Source of the DNA: Stegostoma tigrinum | Lineage: Eukaryota | Assembly: GCF_030684315.1 (NCBI RefSeq) | Contig: NC_081391.1 | Coordinates: 22,900,629 to 22,964,628 of the forward strand | Length of the DNA: 64,000 nucleotides | Direction: 5' to 3' | Shown: positions 38,012-49,188 of the stretch, one piece after another | How the letters are laid out: each line of letters begins with the position of its first letter | Position numbering within the stretch: position 1 is the stretch's first letter | Program-made: the position numbers and the translations under genes | Notes under the pieces: generated by a model | What the model was told of the DNA's origin: nothing | The model's input: the letters and a program-made list of their open reading frames with translations, nothing else | Databases searched by the model: none

Positions 38012-39737
38012 CAGAGACATGGAAGATCCTGCTTTGTGTTGATAAAAAGAATTTGGACGTAGATATTTTCTTAATCAACCTGTTCATCTCTGCAGCAAAT
38101 GGGACTAGAACGCAGGCCTCCTGGCTCAGAGGGAGGGACACAATCACTGTATTGTGAGAGTGCTACAAATTTGTACATGTGTTCTACTCCTTTAAAAAAG
38201 GTGTGTTTTGGAGACAGCCATCGGCTGCTGCATCTCCGTGGCAACATCCTGACCAATTAGACCAGGCAGGTTGATTCTGAGAATCAGGATTGACAGGTAA
38301 CCATTCTCGCTGCATCCCTACGATGAAACAGCCAACTGACACTCTTCTCATGCTGTGTGAAGTGGGTGTTCCTCTTTTGTTTAAGTCTGTTTCTTGCATC
38401 CTAGATCTGACGAGTTCAAGATGAAAAGCTTCGTCTTTTTGGTCTCCTTTCAGCAATGTTTAAGTACCATACTACCGAGCAATTATTCACATTTGGGATT
38501 CCAAAAGGCATTCAATAAGGTACCACATGTAAGGCTAGTTAATCAGATAAGAGCCCATTGGGTATTGGAGGCAGTACAATAGCATGCAAAGAGCATTGGC
38601 TAACTAATAGAAACAGAGATTGGGATAAGGGGGGCTATTTTCAGGAAGGCGACCTGTTATGAATGGAGTGCCACAGTGATCAGTGATGGGTTCACAATTA
38701 TTTACAATATATTAATGACTTGGATGAGTGAAGTTAATGTACTGTAGTCAAATTTGCAGATGGTACGGAAATTGATTCCCTTCGAAGTCATATACCATCC
38801 TGGCTCGACACTACATCACCATCCCTTCACAATCACTGGGTCCCTTGCTGTCAGCACTGGCTGTCACTGCCCCATGAAGACGGCATTGATTCAAGGTAGC
38901 TCACAGGTACTTCCTCAAGGGTAATTAGGGATGGTCAATAAATGCTGGCCTTGCTAATTATACTCACATTTCAGGCCTCGGAAGACTTGGCTGGGAGGCT
39001 GCCCGAGAATACAAAGGTGCAGCAGAAAATGGCTCTTGTAGAAAAGCGGTCATGCCCCTACCTCTGGGTCAGGAGGCTGAGTTCAAGTCCTACTTTCTTC
39101 AGGAATGTGTTGTAGCATACCTGCACAGGTTCATTTTAAGGTTGAGGAGAAGCCACCGCAGTCTCAGCAAATTGTAGGGCTTTTCCTCTCATTAGAGGAA
39201 TAACAGGTGGCAAGTTTATCCTGTGGGTCACACCTCAGGCAAGCAGCAAGGTTGAGAATAATGGACCTTCATGGTCACCTCAGCCAGTGTAGGAATTGAA
39301 CCTATACTGTTGATGTCACTCTGCATTGCAAACTGAGATTTTACTTTATATTAAAACATTCATGAAGAGTTAATACATTCATTCCATTTGAACATTCTAT
39401 TCAAAAGTTTCTATAACTAACTATTAACTGAATTATATCCTCTAACATCTAAATCCTTTAATTCTCTCCGGCACACTCCCATTTACCTGGTACAAAGCGA
39501 TCCTTGCAGTTTCTTTATTCCCCATCTTTAAAACAATATAAAAATCCATCTCTAGTAATTTTGAATCAGAAACTCCACCAGTTAATCAGGCACAGTAACA
39601 CCAGATCCCCTTAAATCGATCCTCTGGTTTTCCCCATCAGTTTCATCTCCGCTGTTTGTCATCAGTATCCCCTTCTCCTTCCCCTTGCATTGGATGCTCC
39701 GATAGGTTGCTGTTTCCAAAGGATGGACAAATGACGG

Positions 39738-39840
39738 GAGGGGGACGGGGTGGTTGTTTGAAAAGAAGCACACTGATTGGATCACCTTAAATGCTAGTCA
39801 TGTGTCAGCTGATGTTCGATGGTACTTATAAAGATCTGTA
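39738..39840 (+). promoter_or_regulatory. Galectin proximal promoter (GC-rich box, CCAAT, TATA)
   Basis: G-rich box near 39738-39753, ATTGG at 39776-39780, TATAAA at 39827-39832, 80 nt upstream of the predicted ATG. Confidence 0.6.
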
Positions 39841-39906
39841 CTTGTGCGTTCAGTTAGGAAGTTGGTTGTCTCTTAGCTAAGGGAAGCAAAACACAGGCAA
39901 GAGATA

Positions 39907-39915
39907 ATGAAGACT
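39907..39915 (+). CDS. Prototype galectin, coding exon 1 (MKT)
   Basis: ATG AAG ACT|gtaagt with consensus donor downstream of a TATA box. A 9-nt phase-0 first coding exon is the LGALS1-type layout. Confidence 0.72.
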
Positions 39916-42900
39916 GTAAGTATTGGCCAAATCTTGGGTTAGCAGCTGTGCCTGAGTTTAAAGCTTATGTTGCTATTGATTCAAAGTGGGTGTCTGCTGA
40001 TTGCTAGTTTGACAGCAGTATCTATTGCTAAGGCCTTTAACCTGCAGTCAGTGAATGTGAGCATTTCTTAATCTAGCTACTTTAGTATTTAGAAGTCACA
40101 TTTTTAATGAGCCTGCTGGCTATCAATGTTTGAAGAATTTGGGTTGGGATGGTGATTTGTGGTACACAAATTAGAGAGACAGATGAAGTGATAGATTTCT
40201 GTCTGACTTGATGAAGCACTTTGTGAAATTTGAATATTTAACTTTGAGAATATGACCTAAATTTTTGGCCTATGGCTGTTGCTTGAGATCCTTGGGAACC
40301 CAAGAATGTTGTCATCACTTAGCATCTCTCTACTGAGACTAAATCTTAAGCTAAACTTCTCATAGTCCTACTTAAAATTCATTGCTGTGATTTGAAACAA
40401 ACTAACTGGAAGTTCATGACTTAACTGATCCCTTAAGTCAAGATCTCCACTAAAACTAAACTTTTTACCTTTTTTAAAATTAAACTCTACAAGAACTCCT
40501 AATCCTACCACTTTGTATTTTGCTTAAAGTTTGACTTCCTGCTTCAGACTACTTTAAGAGAAGTAAACCTGCAATTCTGTCAGTACTCTGCACTTAATGA
40601 GGTCTTTTGGGTAAAGAATAGGGAATTGCTCAACTTGAGCCAGGTGAGCTCCTGCATGAGCTAATCTGAAACTATGTTGCCAATGGTGACTGATTAAATT
40701 TATTGCCCATGATTCTGATGGGGGTTGGGAGAAAGCATTCTGCCCTCAAATTGCAAATCCCTTTCTGTAATTGCCACTGTGGAGGGATTGGCCTCTGCTT
40801 AGTATCATATCTAGTACTTCAGGTCGAGCTTCAAGATCGTTCTGATCTGATGATGTGCTCCCTGTCTGGAGCAGGTGGGGTTTGAACCTAGGCTGCATTT
40901 GGAAAGGAGCTGTGGTGGCCACCACCACTATCTCAAGCCCCTCCTTGGGCCTGGATTATAAACCTCATGCCCCTGGAATAGGATGTGAATCTACAACCTT
41001 GTGACTCACTGGCAGCTGCCTGTGTATTGTGCACTCCAGCAGTTTCTAGTAACTGAGGAAGGACTTGCAACAGTTTTTTCTTTTTGGACCTGCAACTAAA
41101 ACTGTCTTGGAAATCTTTCAGTTCCTCTAATGTTTCTTTGTGACTAAAATGCTGTGTGCTAGCTTCTGCACAATCATGGAAGCTTACAATGCAAGAAGTG
41201 ACCCTTCCCCATGTTGCTGGGACCACTCCCCCCCCCCCCCCCCCAAAAAAAAAGCTATTTTCTGATCAACTCCCACATGTTATGCTGCTTTCTTCTTTGA
41301 GCTGCTGATTGTATTATTGACCAGTGCCTCCAAAGATTCAAGTTCTGGGCACCTGGGTTCAAATCTCACCACAGCTGATGGTGGAGTTTGAATTCTTAAT
41401 TCTGGAATTGAGTCCAATGGCCATGAATTTCCTGAACGACTGTCAAGAAAAACCCACCTGGTTCACTAATGTCCTCCTTGGGAAGGAAACTGCTATCCTT
41501 ACCTGGTCTGGCCTCCCTGTGACTGCAGCCCCACAGCAATGTGTGGTTGACTCCTAATTGCCCTCTGGGCATCTAGGGATGGGCAACAAATATTAACTAT
41601 CCAGTGATTGAATAAAGTGGGTGTTGAACCTGGGACTCCTGGCTCAGAAGTAGGGACAAAGAGCTTCTACTCACAACAGAATTTTAAATGACATTTTGTA
41701 CAAAAAAATGCATTGGCTTCTGATGTTTCAGAATCAACCTGTTTAGTTATACTATGGTCCACCTCTGAAGCAGATGGGACCTGAACCCAAGTGCCCTTGT
41801 TCTTGTCCTCATCCTTTCACCACTGGGCCCCCCCCCACCAAAAAAAACAAGACCCTATCACTGCATCATCTTGTTCCTGCTTGCTCTCACTAAAGCACAG
41901 CACCTGTCCCCATGGCATATAACTTCAACAGCCACAAACCTTTAATACTGGTCCCCTGGTTCACAATTGTCTCTAATTGTAACTTTGCAAATGGAAGCTG
42001 ACAAAAATATCCAACTCTTGATTAGCAAAATTGCAGACTCTCTGTAAATCACTTGTCACTGTAAACATTATGCTCTTCCATTAACATGATCAGTCCTGGC
42101 TGTAAATGTTGGCTATTTTACTGTTAGGGACTCTAGTTCATTCACTGGAAAATCCTTTCTCAACACTTCAATATGAACATTTCACTTTGTGAAATGATCT
42201 ATGAATGACATAGATAATCCATGTTCCAAAATAGCTTCACCATGTATAGTCTCCTGACCTCATGTCTGCTGAGTTGGTCTAAATTAACCTGATGCATCTG
42301 AATCATCAGTGTGTATGCTTCCAGGATGTTTGTTTCACTCCAGAATTTTCAGAAACAAGATGCCGAAGAAGAATCCTGCTTCTTAACAAAGGAAGGATGT
42401 TAAAGGTTGATCCAAGGATTAAGTACCTGCTTTGCTCCAGTCTTGCTTCATACAGTATTTGCACTGTTCCTCAGTGAGGAGGGCTGAGGGGTTATCGATG
42501 GAAGTTTCTCTCCCTTCAAGAATTATCTTTAAGCTTGGCCTCCTTGACATGTGTTGTAGTATTTGATAATCAATTACCAGATGTACCAGGTATAGTCTTA
42601 TTTCAATGAACCCTAGCTAATGCTAGGAGCAAAGCTACTGCAGGTACTAGAATCTGAACTGAAAACAAGTGCTGGGAATCAGAGGGTGAAGCAGCAAACT
42701 AATGTTCTAAAACTTGGCTTTGAAGAGCCATCTAGATTCAAAACATGAGCTGTCTGTGGATGCTGCCTGACCTCCTAATTTCCAGCACTTTTCAGTCTAA
42801 CTCCAATGTGTCTCTGCTATTTCTCTTGCATCCCAGTTATGTACTATTTATGCCCAGTGAGCTGCAGCTCTGCTGACATCTCAATGTCTTAGCATCTGAG

Positions 42901-44386
42901 TTGTTTTGCTAAACAACTACCAATCGGGTGGCTACAGGGCTGGTCTGATGTTCTGTCCTCCCTCCCTCTCTCCTTCTGGGAGTACAGCAACATTGAATGG
43001 TGCAAAAGGCTTATTTCAAAGCAGCTTATTAAGAAGGTTACGTTTTTAAAAAAGATGTGATTTAACATGCCTTCTGGAAACTGACCTGAAACTAGCATCA
43101 TTTTACCCAATTCTGACAGAAATTGGAGTATGTCATTACATTCTGAAGTTAAGGCTACTTTAAGTTTGTGGTGTTTTGTTTTAATTTTTAAGTGTTTGAC
43201 TTAAATGAAGCCAAAAATCATTGAACTGCAACCTTTTCTTGAAGGTGAACTTTTTATATTGGGTTAAATTTTTAACAAGCTAAATCTCTCTCCCTTGTTG
43301 AAATGAGTTGGTAGGTGAGACACACTGGCTTCTCCTTGCTTTGGGTTTTATTTCTGAAAATCATCTACAACCACCTTAACTCTTTGACAGAAACTCAGCA
43401 CTTCTGCATTCAATAGTTGCTGAGATTGAGACTTATCAAACACTTTGTCTCAACTGAAGCTTAAGAACAGGAACTAGCCTTTACTTGATTCCACCTGCAA
43501 ACAAAACAATTCTGCAAACTTGGGTGGAGGGAGGATGTGACCAGGCCTAATGTTTTGTTGGCCAAAAATGGCTTGGACTGATTTGTTGACATCTACAGAA
43601 CAGATGATGCTGAACTGAATCTATTTTAATTTTTCCTGCTTCCACCCACTCAGTGAGTTTCTATCACTTTCAATTGATGACTGTACCTTGAACTTCTTGC
43701 TGTCCAGGTTTCTGCTTGTACTTTAAGTCTTCAGAAACTTTTTTCATGTGCTTTGCACACCTCAGCTGAAGCACATTCCTGGGGACTGCAGTTGAAGATC
43801 CCATGGAATCTACACTGATTTTGCACTGTGCATTCAATGGGAGAGCTGAACTTTGAATTATTCCTTTGGGTTGTCCTCATGAAATGTGGGGTTTTTCTTC
43901 CCTACTCTTTGGTTTCCTGCATTCAATTTGGGTGACTAATTTTGATAATGCTACAGAAGTTCCAGCATTCATTTTCCTCTTGTCCTTCCTTCCAGTCTAA
44001 GCTTCACTTTCTCTAGTAAATTGCAGCAAGTTGTGGATGAGTGCTTTCTCTCCTTGTTCAATCTGATTGCTTTCATGGACTGTAGGTGTTTGGCTGTTAC
44101 CCAATCTAATGGGCCTTTATCAATGGGTTACCTCCAATAGCATGAGCAAACCATGTTGCTATGGGGAAGGACAGCAGAACTCACTCCCTAATAAACATTT
44201 TTGCTCAATTGCTTGAGGCTTAACAGTCACTACTGAGGCAAGCTTTTGCTTCTGTTTAGCTGAGTCCCAGTTTGAACTCAGAATGAATCTGTGTCCCCCA
44301 GATCACTTGCTATGGATTACAAGCAGTGTCTTTAACAACATCTCCCCTGTGCTGCTCTCATATCTGTTTACCTCCTGTCCCAATAG

Positions 44387-44466
44387 GTTCTGGAAATGTT
44401 TGATGTTGACATGAAAGTTGGTGACACTGTCAAATTCAAAGTCTTTACTGACCCAGAGGCAGACAG
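44387..44466 (+). CDS. Prototype galectin (galectin-1/2-like), exon 2
   Basis: caatag acceptor, gtaag donor, 80 nt. Translates VLEMFDVDMKVGDTVKFKVFTDPEADR, similar to the galectin-2 N-terminus. Confidence 0.88.
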
Positions 44467-45611
44467 GTAAGAGTGCATGTGCGGTTTTTCCTATTTTGCT
44501 GGCTTCATAGCCTTAACCTCAAACTCCTCACTGTACATAGTCATCAAGTGACTGGACTGTTTTTGTTCACTTGTCCTCTAGCTGTGGTGTGACTCAATAC
44601 AATGCTTGTGAAGAGCTGTACTGGACTAGCAACTTTAAGCAATTTTTCTTTCCCCAGGTGTTGCACCTGAGTTTCTCCAGCCCTTCCTGTTTTGTTCCTG
44701 AATCTTTGTCCCTAATTGCTTTATAAGATTCATTAGGAGATTACTAAAATCTAGCTGGGGAATCTTTCCCTTGAGTCTTAAGAGTAGCATGATTAACAGC
44801 AACTCTGGAATGATTTTCATTTAGCCTCCTAGGATCTAGGATGGTCTGCAGAATGCTTGACTGACATACAATTTTGGACTTTCAGTAATCCTTGTCCGAT
44901 GTGTTCAAACTCCTGGGCCCTAAAAGTGCTGCAGTCAAGGAAATTACAAAATTCCAACTGTCTGATCCTAGAACAAGTAACAGATGATTACCATGCTTCT
45001 GTATGATTAGTGCCTCTCTTCAGAGCTCTAGGCACAGAAATGTAGAACTCTAACTGACCTGTGCACTTCATAATGGGAATACAAAATCCACTAGGTCATG
45101 TTGAGAATAATGACTGGCATAATAGCCATGACATTGCAGTCATATGCAAGAGATAGAAGGAAGACTGGGCTGGTGTGACAGATCTCAATGAGTTGAGAAA
45201 CCTAACAGCCCCCTGTGACTAAGTGACCTCTTTTAAACAGGTCACAGCCTCCCAGCAGTGGCTAGATCAGCATTGACTCCATTCAGCATTAATGTAGAAC
45301 TCTAAGACTTGTGGCAGCACAAAAATAGAACTCAAACTGGTACCAAGTTTTAAAATTTTGATAATACAGCTCCTACTTCTGGATAGGGAGGAAATCTTCT
45401 GTTGTCTAGTTTCTAGAATCAACTAACATTCTGAAATGGCCTTGTGCTCAATTTGAATCAGTTACACTCCAATTGTAGAACTTAAGGGTGAAGTGGACTG
45501 TGAATACCAGCCTTGGCCTCCTAGTGAAGTATAAAAATCACTAGCAATGTTTCCATTTACAGAAGACTGAGCAGCCTGCCATACAGAACCTGAACACTTG
45601 TTTGTTTGCAG

Positions 45612-45780
45612 GTTTGCAATTAGTCTGGGAAAAGATGACTCTGAGTTGGCATTACACTTCAACCCAAGGTTTGATGATGAAGATGGTAGAGTGATTGTCT
45701 GTAACAGCAAAGAAGACGGTGTGTGGTGCACTGAGCAGAGAGAGGACTCCTTCATGTTTGAGAAGGGAGAGTGCTTTAAG
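45612..45780 (+). CDS. Prototype galectin exon 3 (carbohydrate-recognition core)
   Basis: 169 nt between ttgcag and gtgagc. FAISLGKDDSELALHFNPRFDDEDGRVIVCNSKEDGVWCTEQREDSFMFEKGECFK contains HFNPRF, VCNS and WxxEQR. Confidence 0.96.
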
Positions 45781-47368
45781 GTGAGCATGGAAGCTCTGAA
45801 CTTGTACGTGTCACTTGCAGAAAACTTCTTGATCTGAGTTGGCATCTGAATCTCAGCCCTCTGGGGCATGACATAGCATTTCTTCTAAAATTTGTGCCTA
45901 GGCTTGGGGATTGTGCCAAATTCCCTCTAGGAAGAAGGTTAATGTACCGACTCCCCTTTAGGAACTGGCCAGCCAGCACTTGGCAGTTCAGGGCTGTGAA
46001 AGCCCACTGTTACTGTCTATAAGCATAGCTGTCACAATATGGCAGGCTAATACTTTGGGGGCAAGCAAGGTCTGAACAGTGCCTGTGTAAGAGCCTCAAT
46101 TAGGTGTCTTGTCTGTTAAGTCTCTGGATTTGCTGGCTGATGGACTGTATTGCTTTCTGTACACAGAAATGGACCCTAGAGGCCCACCCAGTTGATGCTG
46201 ACCATAATCCCAAACTAAACCAGTCTGACCTGCTTGCTCCTAGCCCACTTCCCTCAACCTCTTTACTTAGACACTTTAAGGGTGGGTGGGGAGGAAGATG
46301 ATTTGTAAGGTGGGGCTAGGCTTCCCATCAGAACCAAGACAGTAACACTAGAGCTAGGCTGGTCAGGGTGCTTACTTTTATTTTTCTGGTAACTTGGTAT
46401 CCTGCTTGCATGTTGCCACTGCTCACTGTTCTGGCCCAGTCAGCACAGAAACTGGGCTGTACTTAAACTCAGCACACCATTGTTGCAGTTTCTGCTCCCT
46501 CTTTTAAAAATCTTAGGCTTAGCCCACTAGGCACTGTTGAAGCTTTGAAGGTGTTCCTCTGCAGGATTGTCTTGTATGTTCCCATGCAATTTTACAGACT
46601 GTCCCTGATCCTTTTTGCAAGCTGCACTTCAGTTTTTGACTGTCAATTGACAGTCCAATCTGAAAACAAATGTTAGACAGCACCTGTGAAGAGAACACAA
46701 GCTACCACTAGTATAGATGATTCTTCAATACTTAACTGTTTTGTTGTGTGGCTCCCCTTGCAATGTTATATACAGTCTGTCTCTTACCTAGTAACTTGTT
46801 TACTGTTAAACATTTGTATTCTTGGATGTTATCTGGTGGCTAGTCTCTCAATGACCTCTACTCAACTGCTGGTGTTTCAGTTGAATTTTTGAAGCAGCTA
46901 CTGCTCAGACTTGGAATCTGAGGACTTGAACAATCAAAAGGGATGCCTAGAGAAATTTGGCTCTGAGTATCTAGAGCAAGATGGGAATTGGTATGGATCT
47001 TTGAATTACACAAACTGAAGATGACAGGTGTGTCTATGATCAGTTATTAGCATTTGAAACTCTGGTAATGAAGACAACTCTAGAAAAATCTTCAGGAAAC
47101 TGTCTGGCAATAATAAACTAAAGGTGTTCCTCAAACTTGAGTTGCACTAACTAGCCAGTCCCTTTTTATGGGAAGAATGTTGAAACTGTGAAACTAAAGA
47201 AATAATACAAATTACTATAACTTGAAGCTGTTAACCTTCTGAATTCACTATGCTGCTGTGTAACAGAGCTGACTTCAAACAGCTGTTTCCCCCTCCATTG
47301 TTACCAGACCTGTTGAGCTTTTCCAGCATTTCTAAATATTAGGAACAAAACATTCCCTGATGGGGCAT

Positions 47369-47582
47369 GAGATAATGGGAACTGCAGATCCTAGAGAGTC
47401 CAATATAAGTGTGGAGCTGGATGAACAGCAGGCCAAGCAGCATCTTAGGAGCACAAAAGCTGACATTTCAGGCCTCAGCCCTTCACTAGACAAGACTGAA
47501 GGGTCTAGACCTGAAATGGCAACTTTTGTGCTCCTAGTTGCTGCTTGGCCTGCTGTTCATCCAGCTCCACACACTTTATCTT
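47369..47582. mobile_element. Palindromic PLE mini-insertion in galectin intron 3
   Basis: Long tail left, short tail right; perfect TSD ctgatggggcat at 47357-47368 and 47583-47594. Confidence 0.88.
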
Positions 47583-49041
47583 CTGATGGGGCATTGTCAT
47601 GTCCCTCTTTTTTTTTTGCAATGCGATCTGCAGTCTTCACCTTGAACTATAGTGAAGCCTGAACCAGCCCAGAATATTACTGATTAACTAAAGTACTTTG
47701 TTCCCTTTAAAGTGTAGAGAGGGGTACATTTGTGATCCAGTCAGTTTCTAGACTGGCACATGACAACTTTTTAGCTTTCTCCTTGTTTGGATTGGGAAAA
47801 CACCTCCCTGAATATGGGTCCCGTTGGCTATAACAGCATTTACTGCTGTTTCCTGGTTGTCGTCACCTTGACCCCTAGTCCATGCAGTAAAAATCTCATC
47901 TCTGGGGTGTTTCTGAAGGAAATGTTTCCAAGTCCAGATCATGTGGCTTGCAGGTGGTGTTCCCATGTATCTGCTGACCTCTTCCTTTTAGATGGAAGTC
48001 ATAGATTTGGAAAGTGTTGTCTGAGGAGCCTTGGTGAATTTGAGTAACTGTTAATTGTTGCTACTCCACTAGGTGGCAGCCTCTGCATTACTTAATGACA
48101 AACCTTGTGATGGAGTATAGTTGCAGAGATAGTAGGAACTGCTGCTTTTTTCTTCAGAAGGGTCTAGGCCCCAAAAATGTTGTCAGCCTTCTTGCCCCTC
48201 TGCTGCTTGGCCTGCTGTGTTCATCTCTTTCCCCCCCCCGCCACCACCACACCTTGATACTGCCAATTCTCCAAATTGTGCTTAAAGTTGAGGAACAGTG
48301 TTCTACTGTCAGTACAGGGGTCATCCCTAGCTGAGTCACTCATTGGGTCAACTTGCATGTGTTGGCTAATTCCTTCCTTCTCTCTGAACAAGAGACTGGA
48401 TTCTGTCTGTGCAGGCTCAGGTTCCTGCCCCACCAGCACTTGGTACTCTAGGACTCAACCTCCCTCAGGACTTCTAACCTGAGTCTCAACTGAGGTCAGG
48501 ACACTTCCTCAGCTCTACAAGTACTAAAGCACAATAGTAATGCAGAGCTCAAACATATACAGTACTGCAATCTTGGGTTGCAAAATTCCCATAGCGTTTC
48601 AGCTAAGTCTCTTTTAAAATATACTTGTTTACTAGTCTTCCCCCCCCCCCCCCGTCTTCCTTTTTGCCTCCCCCCTCCCCCCCCACCAAGAATGTTTTCA
48701 ACATCTGAAAACCTCAGTCGCTTAAGGTGTCCAGACATTTAACCATGTTTTTAATCAGTATCAAATATTAACACTTATGAAATAGAGCCTTTTTGTGGTT
48801 AAATGCACTAAATATCAGTGACTTGCAGTCAATTTGTCTGTCTTCAAATGTCATTGGGTTCAGTGAACATGGCAACATGACAAGCAAGTCCTTGAGTTGA
48901 AGTGGAAAGGAACATGCTAGCACAGGTCATGAATCTGTACTTCACACTTGGAATTTAAAATTACAGGTGGGTTTGAGATGAACTTACAGAATACAACTTT
49001 CTGTCTTTCCCTTTCTGTCTAACCTCTTTAATTTTCAACAG

Positions 49042-49188
49042 TTTTCCATTACATTCCTTGGAGTGAAGTTTGAGATTAAGCTGCCTGACTATGTTCTGGA
49101 GTTCCCTAATCGCACTTCCATGGACACCATGACATTCCTCCAGGTGCAAGGGGATGTTAGGGTGAAGTCCCTGAAGTTTGATTATTGA
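49042..49188 (+). CDS. Prototype galectin exon 4 (terminal)
   Basis: ttttcaacag acceptor. FSITFLGVKFEIKLPDYVLEFPNRTSMDTMTFLQVQGDVRVKSLKFDY-stop has the KLPD and FPNR motifs. Spliced protein is 134 aa. Candidate AATAAA at 49914-49919. Confidence 0.93.
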   Translation, partial: FSITFLGVKFEIKLPDYVLEFPNRTSMDTMTFLQVQGDVRVKSLKFDY

